From NCBI GenBank assembly GCA_902527485.1, contig CABZPB010000001.1, forward strand, positions 1 to 53,434: a stretch of 53,434 nt of DNA, written 5' to 3'. The position numbers and the translations under genes were made by a program. Position 1 is the stretch's first letter, and each line of letters starts with the position of its first letter. The DNA is from an uncultured Pelagibacteraceae bacterium. GTDB taxonomy: Bacteria > Pseudomonadota > Alphaproteobacteria > Pelagibacterales > Pelagibacteraceae. This document shows, piece after piece, positions 8,644-17,099 of the stretch. The notes below the pieces were generated by a model. It searched no databases. It was not told where the DNA came from and was given only the letters and a program-made list of their open reading frames with translations.

Positions 8644-9653
8644 GATTGTCCCAATCTTTTTACAATATCTTTTTTTGATAAGTTTTTGTAGTAACTTTTG
8701 TTTTTATTGTACCAATCAAATGTTAACTTAATTCCATCCAAAAAACGAACTTTTGGTTTCCAACCAAGTTTTCTAATAATTTTGTTACTGTTCAAAGCAT
8801 ACCTAACGTCATGCCCTGGACGATCTTTAACGAAATTTATTTCCACTTTATTTCCTACTTTCAGAAATTTTTTTGAAATATTTAAGAGCTGGGAACACAC
8901 TTGTAAGTTATTTAAATTTTTATTTGAACCAATGTTGTAAAATTCTCCAATTTTACCTTTTAAAAACACTTTTATTAAAGCCTCACAATGATCTTTTACA
9001 TAAATCCATTCCCTTGAATTTGTACCTTTTCCATAAATTGGCAAGGGTTTGTTATTTAAAATATTATAGATTAATTTCGGTATTAATTTTTCAGGATGTT
9101 GCTTTGGCCCGTAGTTATTTGAGCAATTAGTTACTATAGCTGGAATTTTATAGGTTCTAATATATGAGCTTACTAAATGATCTGAGGCTGCTTTAGTCGC
9201 CGCATAAGGTGAGCTAGGATTATAAGGAAATTTTTCATTTGAACGGCCTGTTAATATATCTCCATAAACTTCATCAGTAGAAATATGAATAAGCTTACAT
9301 TTGTGTTTTTGGATAAAATTTCTAAAAGACTCTAATAATTTATAAACATCAACAATATTACTGTTAATAAAGTTATCTGGATTATCGATAGATCTATCTA
9401 CATGAGTTTCGGCAGCTAGATTAAATATACATGTAGGCTTATATTTATTTAATATTTTATGAAATTTTTTTGATCCTATACTACATTTGAAAAATTTATA
9501 GTTTTCAAAATATTTAAATTCTTTAACATTATATAAATTCGATGAATAAGTAACTTTATCAATATTTATGACAAAATAATTTTTTTTTATTAATAATTCA
9601 ATTAAATTACTACCTATAAAACCTAAACCACCAGTCACAATTATTTTTTTCAT
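8640..9653 (-). CDS. rfbB: dTDP-glucose 4,6-dehydratase
   Basis: TGGLGFIGSN, AAETHVDRSI, HISTDEVYG, PYAATKA, CSNNYGP and DRPGHD motifs. Confidence 0.96.
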   Translation of the reverse strand: MKKIIVTGGLGFIGSNLIELLIKKNYFVINIDKVTYSSNLYNVKEFKYFENYKFFKCSIGSKKFHKILNKYKPTCIFNLAAETHVDRSIDNPDNFINSNIVDVYKLLESFRNFIQKHKCKLIHISTDEVYGDILTGRSNEKFPYNPSSPYAATKAASDHLVSSYIRTYKIPAIVTNCSNNYGPKQHPEKLIPKLIYNILNNKPLPIYGKGTNSREWIYVKDHCEALIKVFLKGKIGEFYNIGSNKNLNNLQVCSQLLNISKKFLKVGNKVEINFVKDRPGHDVRYALNSNKIIRKLGWKPKVRFLDGIKLTFDWYNKNKSYYKNLSKKDIVKRLGQS

Positions 9654-9666
9654 TGATTAATTTATT

Positions 9667-9695
9667 TTTACATTAGTAAAAAGTATTAGTATAGT
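9667..9695 (+). promoter_or_regulatory. Putative sigma70 promoter for the GT2 gene
   Basis: TTTACA, 17 nt, TATAGT upstream of ATG 9712. The AT-rich background lowers specificity. Confidence 0.4.
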
Positions 9696-9711
9696 TGATT
9701 ACACTGATCAT

Positions 9712-10602
9712 ATGTCAATATCTAGGCAAAATTTAACAGTAATTATTGTAAGCTTTATGAGTGAAAATGTAATTCATGAGTGTATTGGCTCTATACCGAA
9801 GGATATCAAAATCGTCGTGGTTGATAATTCTAACAATAAATCTTTTAAAAATGAAATTGAAAAAAAATATAATAATGTTCGTTGTATATTATCAGAAAAT
9901 AATATTGGCATGGGTGCAGGTAATAATTACGGACTAAGTGAAATTGATACAGATTATGGATTTATTATTAATCCTGATGTGATTTTAAGAAATGATACAA
10001 TTGATGAAATCATACTTGCTTCTAAAAATATTAGCACATTTTCTATTATTTCTCCAATTATGGAGGATAAAGATTACCCAAACTATAAAATGAGCAAAGA
10101 AGATAAATATATAAATAAAAAAGATGAACCTTTTAAAGTAAATAGTGTTGACGGGTTTGCAATGCTATTAAATATTTCAAGATTAAATAAATTAGAAAAT
10201 TTTAATAATAAAAAATATTTTGATGAAAATATTTTTCTTTATTTAGAAAATGATGATTTATGTAAGAGAATAATTGAAAATGACGAATATATTTATATTG
10301 TGCCAAAATCAAAAATTAATCATCTTGGTGGAAAAGCTGTTGATGAAAAATATAGATATGAAATAGAGTTATCGAGAAATTGGCATTGGGTTTGGTCAAA
10401 ATTTTATTTTAATAAAAAGCATTATGGTATTTTAAATGCATATATTAAAGTATGTCCAATATTTATATCAGCAACTTTTAAGATGTTGATATATTTTTTT
10501 ATCAATAAAAGAAAAAAAGAAATATACTTGTTTAGAGTTTTAGGTTTTCTAAATGCTATAATTGGAAAAAAATCTTTTTATAGGCCAAAAATTAATGATT
10601 AG
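9712..10602 (+). CDS. Glycosyltransferase family 2 (rhamnosyltransferase-like)
   Basis: VIIVSF, VVVDNS, NIGMGAGNN, INPD, FDENIFLYLENDDLC and HLGG motifs. Confidence 0.9.
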   Translation: MSISRQNLTVIIVSFMSENVIHECIGSIPKDIKIVVVDNSNNKSFKNEIEKKYNNVRCILSENNIGMGAGNNYGLSEIDTDYGFIINPDVILRNDTIDEIILASKNISTFSIISPIMEDKDYPNYKMSKEDKYINKKDEPFKVNSVDGFAMLLNISRLNKLENFNNKKYFDENIFLYLENDDLCKRIIENDEYIYIVPKSKINHLGGKAVDEKYRYEIELSRNWHWVWSKFYFNKKHYGILNAYIKVCPIFISATFKMLIYFFINKRKKEIYLFRVLGFLNAIIGKKSFYRPKIND

Positions 10603-11126
10603 TGACCTGGAAATTCCATCAAATTTTCTACATGGTAGCCTTTTTTAACTAAATTATTAGAACCATTTAAATCAAAAAGGTTTATAACAAATATAAATCC
10701 AGCAACTTTTCCATTAGAAATTTCTACAAGTTTGGCTGCAGCATCCGCAGTACCGCCAGTTGCAATTATATCATCAATAATCAAAATAGTATCATCTTCG
10801 CCAATTGAGTCTTTATGAACTTCTATGGTAGCATTTCCATATTCTAATTCAAAATCAATAGAGTGTACATCAGCTGGTAATTTGTCTTTTTTTCTTAACA
10901 TTATAAATGGTTTTTTCAAAATATAAGAAACTGCCGAGGCAAAAACAAACCCCCTAGACTCAATTGCTGCAATCTTATTAAATTTCAATTTTTTTGATCT
11001 TTCCACGATTTGATCAATTGTTTTTGAAAAAGCCTTCTCATTTTTAATTAGTGTAGTGATATCTCTGAATAAAATACCTTTTTTTGGATAATCTGGAATA
11101 GATCTAATAAAGTCTTTTAAATTCAT
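10599..11126 (-). CDS. apt: Adenine phosphoribosyltransferase
   Basis: IPDYPKKGILFRDIT, IESRGF, LEYG and the IIDDIIATGGT PRPP motif. Start placed at MNLKDFIRS (11126). Confidence 0.96.
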   Translation of the reverse strand: MNLKDFIRSIPDYPKKGILFRDITTLIKNEKAFSKTIDQIVERSKKLKFNKIAAIESRGFVFASAVSYILKKPFIMLRKKDKLPADVHSIDFELEYGNATIEVHKDSIGEDDTILIIDDIIATGGTADAAAKLVEISNGKVAGFIFVINLFDLNGSNNLVKKGYHVENLMEFPGH

Positions 11127-11167
11127 AAGAGTAAAATATAAAAGTATAAATAAATTAAAATTATAAC

Positions 11168-12040
11168 ATGACAATTAATAAATTAGCAATAATTGGTGGC
11201 AGCGGTCTTTATGATGTTGAAGAGTTCAAAAATCGAGAATTATTAGATTTAATTACACCTTGGGGAAAACCATCAGATCAAATTTTAAAAACTAATTATA
11301 ATAATAAGGAAGTTTTCTTTTTACCAAGACATGGGAGAGGTCATTTCATTTCACCCTCTAAAATAAATTTTAGAGCAAATATCGATGCTCTTAAACAATT
11401 AGGTGTAACAGATATTGTATCAGTATCAGCAGTTGGATCTCTTAGAGAGGATTTACCTCCTGGAAAATTTGTAATTGTTGATCAGTTTATTGATCGAACA
11501 TTCGCGAGGGAAAAAACATTTTTTGATGAAGAAATTGTTGCGCACGTTTCTATGGCTCATCCAACATCAAATGGTCTCATGAATGCTTGTGAAGAGGCAA
11601 TTAAAAAAGAAAAAATTGATTATCAAAGAAATGGAACATATGTTGTTATGGAAGGACCTCAATTTTCAACATTAGCTGAGTCAAATTTATACAGATCATG
11701 GAAAAGTGATGTTATTGGAATGACAAATATGCCAGAGGCAAAATTAGCAAGAGAAGCAGAAATTAGATATGCATCAGTTTCAATGGTAACAGATTATGAT
11801 TGTTGGCATCCGGATCATGAAAATGTTGATGTTCAACAAGTGGTAAAAGTTTTATTAGGTAATGCTGCAAAAGCAAAAAATATGATCAAAAACTTAATAG
11901 AAAACTTTGAAAATCATATTGATCTTAATGATCCAACTACTAATTGTTTAGATGTAGCAATTATAACAGCACCTGAAAAAAGAACAAAAAAGACAATAGA
12001 AAAACTTAAGACTGTTGCTGGTAGAGTTTTAAATCAATGA
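11168..12040 (+). CDS. mtnP: S-methyl-5'-thioadenosine phosphorylase
   Basis: IIGGSGLY, PRHG, NFRANI, MEGPQFST, IGMT and VTDYDCW motifs. Confidence 0.94.
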   Translation: MTINKLAIIGGSGLYDVEEFKNRELLDLITPWGKPSDQILKTNYNNKEVFFLPRHGRGHFISPSKINFRANIDALKQLGVTDIVSVSAVGSLREDLPPGKFVIVDQFIDRTFAREKTFFDEEIVAHVSMAHPTSNGLMNACEEAIKKEKIDYQRNGTYVVMEGPQFSTLAESNLYRSWKSDVIGMTNMPEAKLAREAEIRYASVSMVTDYDCWHPDHENVDVQQVVKVLLGNAAKAKNMIKNLIENFENHIDLNDPTTNCLDVAIITAPEKRTKKTIEKLKTVAGRVLNQ

Positions 12041-13107
12041 GAATAGAGGGAAAAGAATATCGTACTATTTGGTTTGAAAATAATGTTGTAAAAATTATTG
12101 ACCAAACAAAACTTCCACACCAATTTATTATTAAAGACCTTAAAACAGTAAAGGAATCAATAAATGCAATTAAGTTAATGGAAGTAAGGGGCGCACCTCT
12201 AATAGGAGCTACAGCAGCTTATGGAATGGTTTTAGCTATAATTGAAAATAATGACCAATCATTTTTACAGAAATCCGCAGAAGATTTAATTAGTTCAAGA
12301 CCAACAGCAATAAATTTAAAGTGGTCTGTTGATAGAATGATGAATAAATTATCAGGTGTTAACATCGATAAAATCTTAGAAATAGCCTTGAATGAAGCAA
12401 AAGATATATGCGAAGAGGATGTAAAATTTTGCGAAAATATAGGATTAAATGGATTAAAAATTATTGAAGAAATTTATAATAAAAAAAAAAATACAGTCAA
12501 TATATTAACTCATTGTAATGCAGGATGGCTTGCGACAATAAATTGGGGGACCGCAACTTCTCCAATCTATCATGCTCACAAAAAAGGAATTCCCATTCAT
12601 GTGTGGGCAGATGAAACTAGACCAAGAAATCAAGGAGCAAATCTTACATCCTATGAATTAAATGAAGAGGGAATTAAAAACACAATCATTGCAGATAATA
12701 CAGGTGGCATACTAATGCAAAGAGGTGAAGTTGACATGTGCATTGTTGGGACAGACAGAACTCTAGCTAATGGGGATGTTTGTAATAAAGTTGGAACTTA
12801 TCTTAAAGCACTAGCAGCTAATGATAATAAGATTCCTTTTTATGTTGCACTACCAAGCTCAACAATTGACTGGAATATTAAAGATCGTAAAGATATCCCA
12901 ATAGAGGAAAGAAATTCAGATGAATTATCTCATGTTGAAGGTTTAGACGAAAAAGGAGATATAAAGAAAATACAAATTTATCCAAAAAAAAGTAAAGCTA
13001 TGAATTTAGCTTTTGATGTAACTCCCGCGAAATATGTTACAGGTTTAATTACAGAAAAAGGTATATGTGAAGCTTCAGAAAAAGGACTTAAAGAATTATT
13101 TAAATGA
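12037..13107 (+). CDS. mtnA: Methylthioribose-1-phosphate isomerase
   Basis: MEVRGAPLIG, SRPTAINL, LTHCNAGWLAT, DETRPRNQG, NKVGTY and AFDVTP motifs. Confidence 0.96.
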   Translation: MRIEGKEYRTIWFENNVVKIIDQTKLPHQFIIKDLKTVKESINAIKLMEVRGAPLIGATAAYGMVLAIIENNDQSFLQKSAEDLISSRPTAINLKWSVDRMMNKLSGVNIDKILEIALNEAKDICEEDVKFCENIGLNGLKIIEEIYNKKKNTVNILTHCNAGWLATINWGTATSPIYHAHKKGIPIHVWADETRPRNQGANLTSYELNEEGIKNTIIADNTGGILMQRGEVDMCIVGTDRTLANGDVCNKVGTYLKALAANDNKIPFYVALPSSTIDWNIKDRKDIPIEERNSDELSHVEGLDEKGDIKKIQIYPKKSKAMNLAFDVTPAKYVTGLITEKGICEASEKGLKELFK

Positions 13108-13757
13108 AGAATTTAGATCAAAGAAATCAGATTATTGAATATTCGTTAAAATTAAATTCTACAAATCTTTCACCTCTAAGATCAGGCAATATATCATTAA
13201 GAGGAATAGAAGATGATATAGAGGGATACTTAATTACTCCATCAGGAAAAAAATATGAAACACTAAAACCTGAAGATATTGTTTTTATGGGGTTAAATAA
13301 AGAAGAAGAAAAAAACTCAACGAACAAACCTTCATCTGAATGGAGATTTCATCGAGATATTTATACAAATAAAAAAGAAGCACACGCCATTGTTCACGCT
13401 CATTCTCCACACGCAACAGCTGTATCTTCACATGGAAAACCAATTCCACCATTTCATTATATGATTGCTCTTGCAGGAGGTGATGACATTAAATGTGCTG
13501 AATACGCTACTTTTGGAACAGATGAATTATCTAAAAATGTTATCAAAGCTTTAGAAAATAGATCTGCTTGTTTAATGTCTAATCACGGGCAGGTTGCTTT
13601 TGGAAAAAATCTTGATGATGCATTTGAACTAGCACAGGAGATAGAAAATATTTGTCATCAATACACTATTGCTTTAAAATTAGGACAACCTAAGATTCTT
13701 TCATTTGAAGAAATGAAAAAAGTTTTAGATAAGACTAAAAATTATAAAAAAAGGTAA
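13104..13757 (+). CDS. Class II aldolase (FucA-like); putative methylthioribulose-1-P / 5-deoxyribulose-1-P aldolase
   Basis: SGNIS, ITPSG, KPSSEWRFH, HAHS, YATFGT and NHG motifs; overlaps mtnA. Confidence 0.85.
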   Translation: MKNLDQRNQIIEYSLKLNSTNLSPLRSGNISLRGIEDDIEGYLITPSGKKYETLKPEDIVFMGLNKEEEKNSTNKPSSEWRFHRDIYTNKKEAHAIVHAHSPHATAVSSHGKPIPPFHYMIALAGGDDIKCAEYATFGTDELSKNVIKALENRSACLMSNHGQVAFGKNLDDAFELAQEIENICHQYTIALKLGQPKILSFEEMKKVLDKTKNYKKR

Positions 13758-13758
13758 G

Positions 13759-14799
13759 ATGATTAAAGTTGGGGAGCATATTACTTTAGATATTATCGGT
13801 ACTACAACAGAGTACGACCCTTCAGTTTTTGAAAAAGTTATACATAAAATAGCTAAAGCAGCTAATGTTACTATTTTGAATATTTCAAAATATAAATTTC
13901 AACCACAGGGTTTTACTATTCTAGCTTTATTAGCTGAAAGCCACATCAGCTTTCATACGTTTCCAGAAAATGGAATAATTAGTTTTGATTTCTTTACTTG
14001 TGGAAAAATAAGTCCATCAGTAGCAATTGATATTGTAAAAAAAGAGTTTGAACACAAAAGAATAGTTAAAAAAGAATTTAATAGAGATACGAGATCTCTT
14101 TACCACGATATTTATAGCTCGCCGGGTTTACAAAAGTCTTACGTTGTTAATGAGGTTTTAGAGGATTTTAAATCAAAAGTTGGTCAACATATTGAAATTT
14201 TAGAGTTAGAACAATTTGGAAAATCTTTGTTTATAGATGGCGAAATACAAGTAGCAGCATCAGATGAGCATTTATATAGCTCTACTTTTGTCGGAGCAGG
14301 CCTGAAATTAAGTAAAAAAAATGAGAGAGCAGCTATAATTGGTGGTGGCGATGGGGGTGTTGCAAGAGAGTGTATTTCAAAAAAGTTTAATTTTATAGAT
14401 TGGTATGAATTAGATTCGGAAGTTGTAGAAGTTTGTAATAAGCATCTTGGTGACATAGGAAAAAAATCTACAGAAAAAAATTCTGTAAAATGTGTATGGG
14501 GTGATGCGTTCGAAAGTATAAAGACAGTAAACGAAGATACTTACGATCATATTTTTGTTGACTTAAATGATGATCAGTTTTGTATAGATCTCGCTGCTAA
14601 AAATATGGACTCTTTAGTAAGAATACTCAAACCTAAAGGAGTTATTACTACTCAAGTTGGCAGCCAAGATAAAAAACCTCTTCAAGTTGAAAAATGGTTG
14701 AATGTATTTAATCATCATTTTGGAAACACTGATTTATCCAGAGTTTACATACCTAGTTTTGATTGTTCTTGGAATTTTTCCTCTTCGATAAATCATTAA
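13759..14799 (+). CDS. Fused S-adenosylmethionine decarboxylase (SpeD-like) / aminopropyltransferase (SpeE-like)
   Basis: N-terminal FQPQG, LAESHISFHTFPE (pyruvoyl self-cleavage site) and DFFTCG; C-terminal FGKSLFIDG, IIGGGDGG and YIPSF. Confidence 0.9.
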   Translation: MIKVGEHITLDIIGTTTEYDPSVFEKVIHKIAKAANVTILNISKYKFQPQGFTILALLAESHISFHTFPENGIISFDFFTCGKISPSVAIDIVKKEFEHKRIVKKEFNRDTRSLYHDIYSSPGLQKSYVVNEVLEDFKSKVGQHIEILELEQFGKSLFIDGEIQVAASDEHLYSSTFVGAGLKLSKKNERAAIIGGGDGGVARECISKKFNFIDWYELDSEVVEVCNKHLGDIGKKSTEKNSVKCVWGDAFESIKTVNEDTYDHIFVDLNDDQFCIDLAAKNMDSLVRILKPKGVITTQVGSQDKKPLQVEKWLNVFNHHFGNTDLSRVYIPSFDCSWNFSSSINH

Positions 14800-14859
14800 T
14801 TTTTTCTTTTTAATATCCACAATCTGTGAAATAATATTTTTTTATTAAAGGAGATAACA

Positions 14860-15687
14860 ATGAATATATTCAAAAAAACTATTTTTTTAGTTTTACTTTC
14901 TCTATTGGTTATGGGGAATGTTAATGCTGATAAAATAAGAATAGGAACAGAGGGTGCTTATCCTCCATGGAACTCAAAAAATGAAGCAGGTAAGTTAATA
15001 GGTTTTGAAGTTGAATTAGCTTACACACTATGTCGATACATTGGACAACAATGTGTAATAGTTGAGCAAGATTGGGATGGAATGATACCAGCATTAATCA
15101 TGAGAAAGTTTGATGCTATAATGGCAGGTATGTCAATCACTGCAGAGAGACAAAAAGCTATTAGCTTTTCACAAGGATATGCAGATGAAGTTGCATCTTT
15201 AGCAGTCATGAAAGGATCTAGCCTAGAAGGTTTAGATACATCAGCTGGAATAAATCTTACAAAACCAAATGCTGCAGCTAAAAAAGATCTTAAAACACTT
15301 ACTGGTGTACTAGCAGGAAAAACTGTCTGTGTGCAAACTGCTACAATTCACCAAAACTTTTTAGACTCGGGTGATGTAGGAAAGGTAAATGTAAGAACAT
15401 ACAAAACACAAGACGAAGTTAACTTAGATTTGACTTCAGGAAGATGCGATGCTGCTTTAGCTGCTGCTGTTGCATTCAGCGATTATGCTGAAAAATCTGG
15501 TAAGCCAGTTGTTCTAACTGGACCAACTTTCTCAGGTGGTGCATTTGGAAATGGTGTTGGAGTTGGTATCAGAAAAGATGATACTGAACTTCTGAAAAAG
15601 TTTAACGCCGCTATTAATAAAGCGAGAAAAAACGGAGACATTAGTAGAATTGCTACTAAGTGGTTTGGTTTCGACGCTTCTATGTAA
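14860..15687 (+). CDS. Polar amino-acid ABC transporter substrate-binding protein (Arg/Lys/Orn/opine type)
   Basis: Signal peptide, IGTEGAYPPWN, QDWDGMIPAL and MSITAER motifs; AAGGAG SD upstream. Confidence 0.92.
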   Translation: MNIFKKTIFLVLLSLLVMGNVNADKIRIGTEGAYPPWNSKNEAGKLIGFEVELAYTLCRYIGQQCVIVEQDWDGMIPALIMRKFDAIMAGMSITAERQKAISFSQGYADEVASLAVMKGSSLEGLDTSAGINLTKPNAAAKKDLKTLTGVLAGKTVCVQTATIHQNFLDSGDVGKVNVRTYKTQDEVNLDLTSGRCDAALAAAVAFSDYAEKSGKPVVLTGPTFSGGAFGNGVGVGIRKDDTELLKKFNAAINKARKNGDISRIATKWFGFDASM

Positions 15688-15700
15688 TTAAATTTAAGAT

Positions 15701-15727
15701 TTGGCGACTATAATGTATAGTCGCCAA
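15701..15727 (+). terminator. Intercistronic stem-loop after the SBP gene (mRNA stabiliser or partial terminator)
   Basis: TTGGCGACTATA-ATG-TATAGTCGCCAA, a perfect 12-bp stem with no U-tract, ending just before ATG 15733. Confidence 0.7.
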
Positions 15728-15732
15728 TCTGT

Positions 15733-16425
15733 ATGGAACTTCTAGCATTTGGAAATACTGGTTGGGGTGATGAGTTATTTTATGCAACTCTAATGACAAT
15801 AGCTGTTTCAATAACAGCAATGTTTATAGGTTTTCTTTTTGCATTAATTTTTACTCCATTAAAATTATCAAAAAATAAGTTTTTAAATTTTATTGCTAAT
15901 TCTTACACAACCACAATAAGAGGTGTTCCAGAATTATTAGTAATTTATCTTTTCTTTTTTGGAGGAACTGGTGCGGTTATGTTTGTTGCATCAATATTTG
16001 GATATAATGAATATATTGAAATAAATGCTTTTATTACAGGTGCTTTTGCAATTGGAATAATTTCCGGGGCATATTCAACAGAAGTTTTTAGAGGGGCAAT
16101 ACAATCAATTGACAAAGGTCAATTCGAAGCTGCTAGTGTATTAGGCCTTACTAAATTTGGGAAATTTTTTAAAATTATCTTACCTCAAACATTAAGATTA
16201 GCTATACCAAACCTAAGTAATGTTTGGCAAATAACACTCAAGGATACTTCATTAATTTCAGTTACAGGCTTAGTTGAAATAATGAGACAATCGTATATTG
16301 CCGCTGGATCAACAAGAGATCCATTATTCTTTTATTCATTTGCTGCAGTTTTGTATTTATTACTTACATTCGTAAGCATGAAATTAATTAATAGATTAGA
16401 AGTTAAATATAGTAGGGGGTATTAA
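15733..16425 (+). CDS. Amino-acid ABC transporter permease (HisQ-like)
   Basis: RGVPEL, GAYSTEVFRGA, GQFEAA and KDTSL motifs. Confidence 0.93.
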   Translation: MELLAFGNTGWGDELFYATLMTIAVSITAMFIGFLFALIFTPLKLSKNKFLNFIANSYTTTIRGVPELLVIYLFFFGGTGAVMFVASIFGYNEYIEINAFITGAFAIGIISGAYSTEVFRGAIQSIDKGQFEAASVLGLTKFGKFFKIILPQTLRLAIPNLSNVWQITLKDTSLISVTGLVEIMRQSYIAAGSTRDPLFFYSFAAVLYLLLTFVSMKLINRLEVKYSRGY

Positions 16426-17099
16426 TGGATCTTGAATTGATGATTAATAGTTTCCCCAAATTATTGAGTGCAGCAATAATTACTCTAAAACTTCTCTCTG
16501 TTTCTTTAATAATAGGATTATTCATTGGATTATTTTTTGCAATTTTAAGATTAAATAAAAATGTATTTATCAATAAATTTGCGTATGGATATTCATACGT
16601 TTTTAGAGGGACACCACTTTTAGTACAAATATTTATTATTTATTTTGGACTAGGTCAGATTGAATATTTAAGATCGACAGTTTTATGGGTAATTTTAAAA
16701 GAACCATATTGGTGTGCAATTATTGCTTTTGCTCTTAACACAGGTGCTTACACCTCAGAGATATTAAGATCAGCATTTCAAACAATTAAACCTGGAATAA
16801 TAGAGGCAGGTAAAAGCTTAGGTATCTCAAATAAAGTAATCTTTTATAAAATTCAGATACCGATTGCTATCAGACAATCTTTACCAGCCTATGGAAATGA
16901 AATTATTCTAATGATGAAAGGAACTTCTTTAGCTAGCACAGTCACCATAATGGATCTTACAGGTGTTGCAAAATATATAATTTCAACAACTTTTAAACCA
17001 GTTGAGGTCTTTATAGTTGCGGGGGGAATTTATCTCTTTATGACTTTTATAATACATAATGTAATTAAATTTCTAGAAAAAAAATATAGTTTTAATTAA
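16425..17099 (+). CDS. Amino-acid ABC transporter permease (HisM-like)
   Basis: FRGTPLLVQIF, LNTGAYTSE, LPAYGNE and KGTSLAS motifs. Confidence 0.93.
   Translation: MDLELMINSFPKLLSAAIITLKLLSVSLIIGLFIGLFFAILRLNKNVFINKFAYGYSYVFRGTPLLVQIFIIYFGLGQIEYLRSTVLWVILKEPYWCAIIAFALNTGAYTSEILRSAFQTIKPGIIEAGKSLGISNKVIFYKIQIPIAIRQSLPAYGNEIILMMKGTSLASTVTIMDLTGVAKYIISTTFKPVEVFIVAGGIYLFMTFIIHNVIKFLEKKYSFN

Noticed and set aside
5228-10602. Integrative element or prophage at the tRNA
   Set aside because: No integrase, no phage genes and no duplicated tRNA 3' end (att) were seen.
11127-11174. Extended apt N-terminus given in the ORF track
   Set aside because: It overlaps the mtnP start and has no Apt similarity; the likely start is 11126.
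13104-13757. Annotation as mtnB dehydratase or a fucose-pathway fucA
   Set aside because: The motifs are aldolase-like and there are no fucose genes nearby; the mtnP-mtnA context favours a salvage aldolase.
14813-14828. Near DnaA box (ATATCCACA) and a CACA-N3-TGTG palindrome
   Set aside because: A single imperfect copy with no cluster or origin context.
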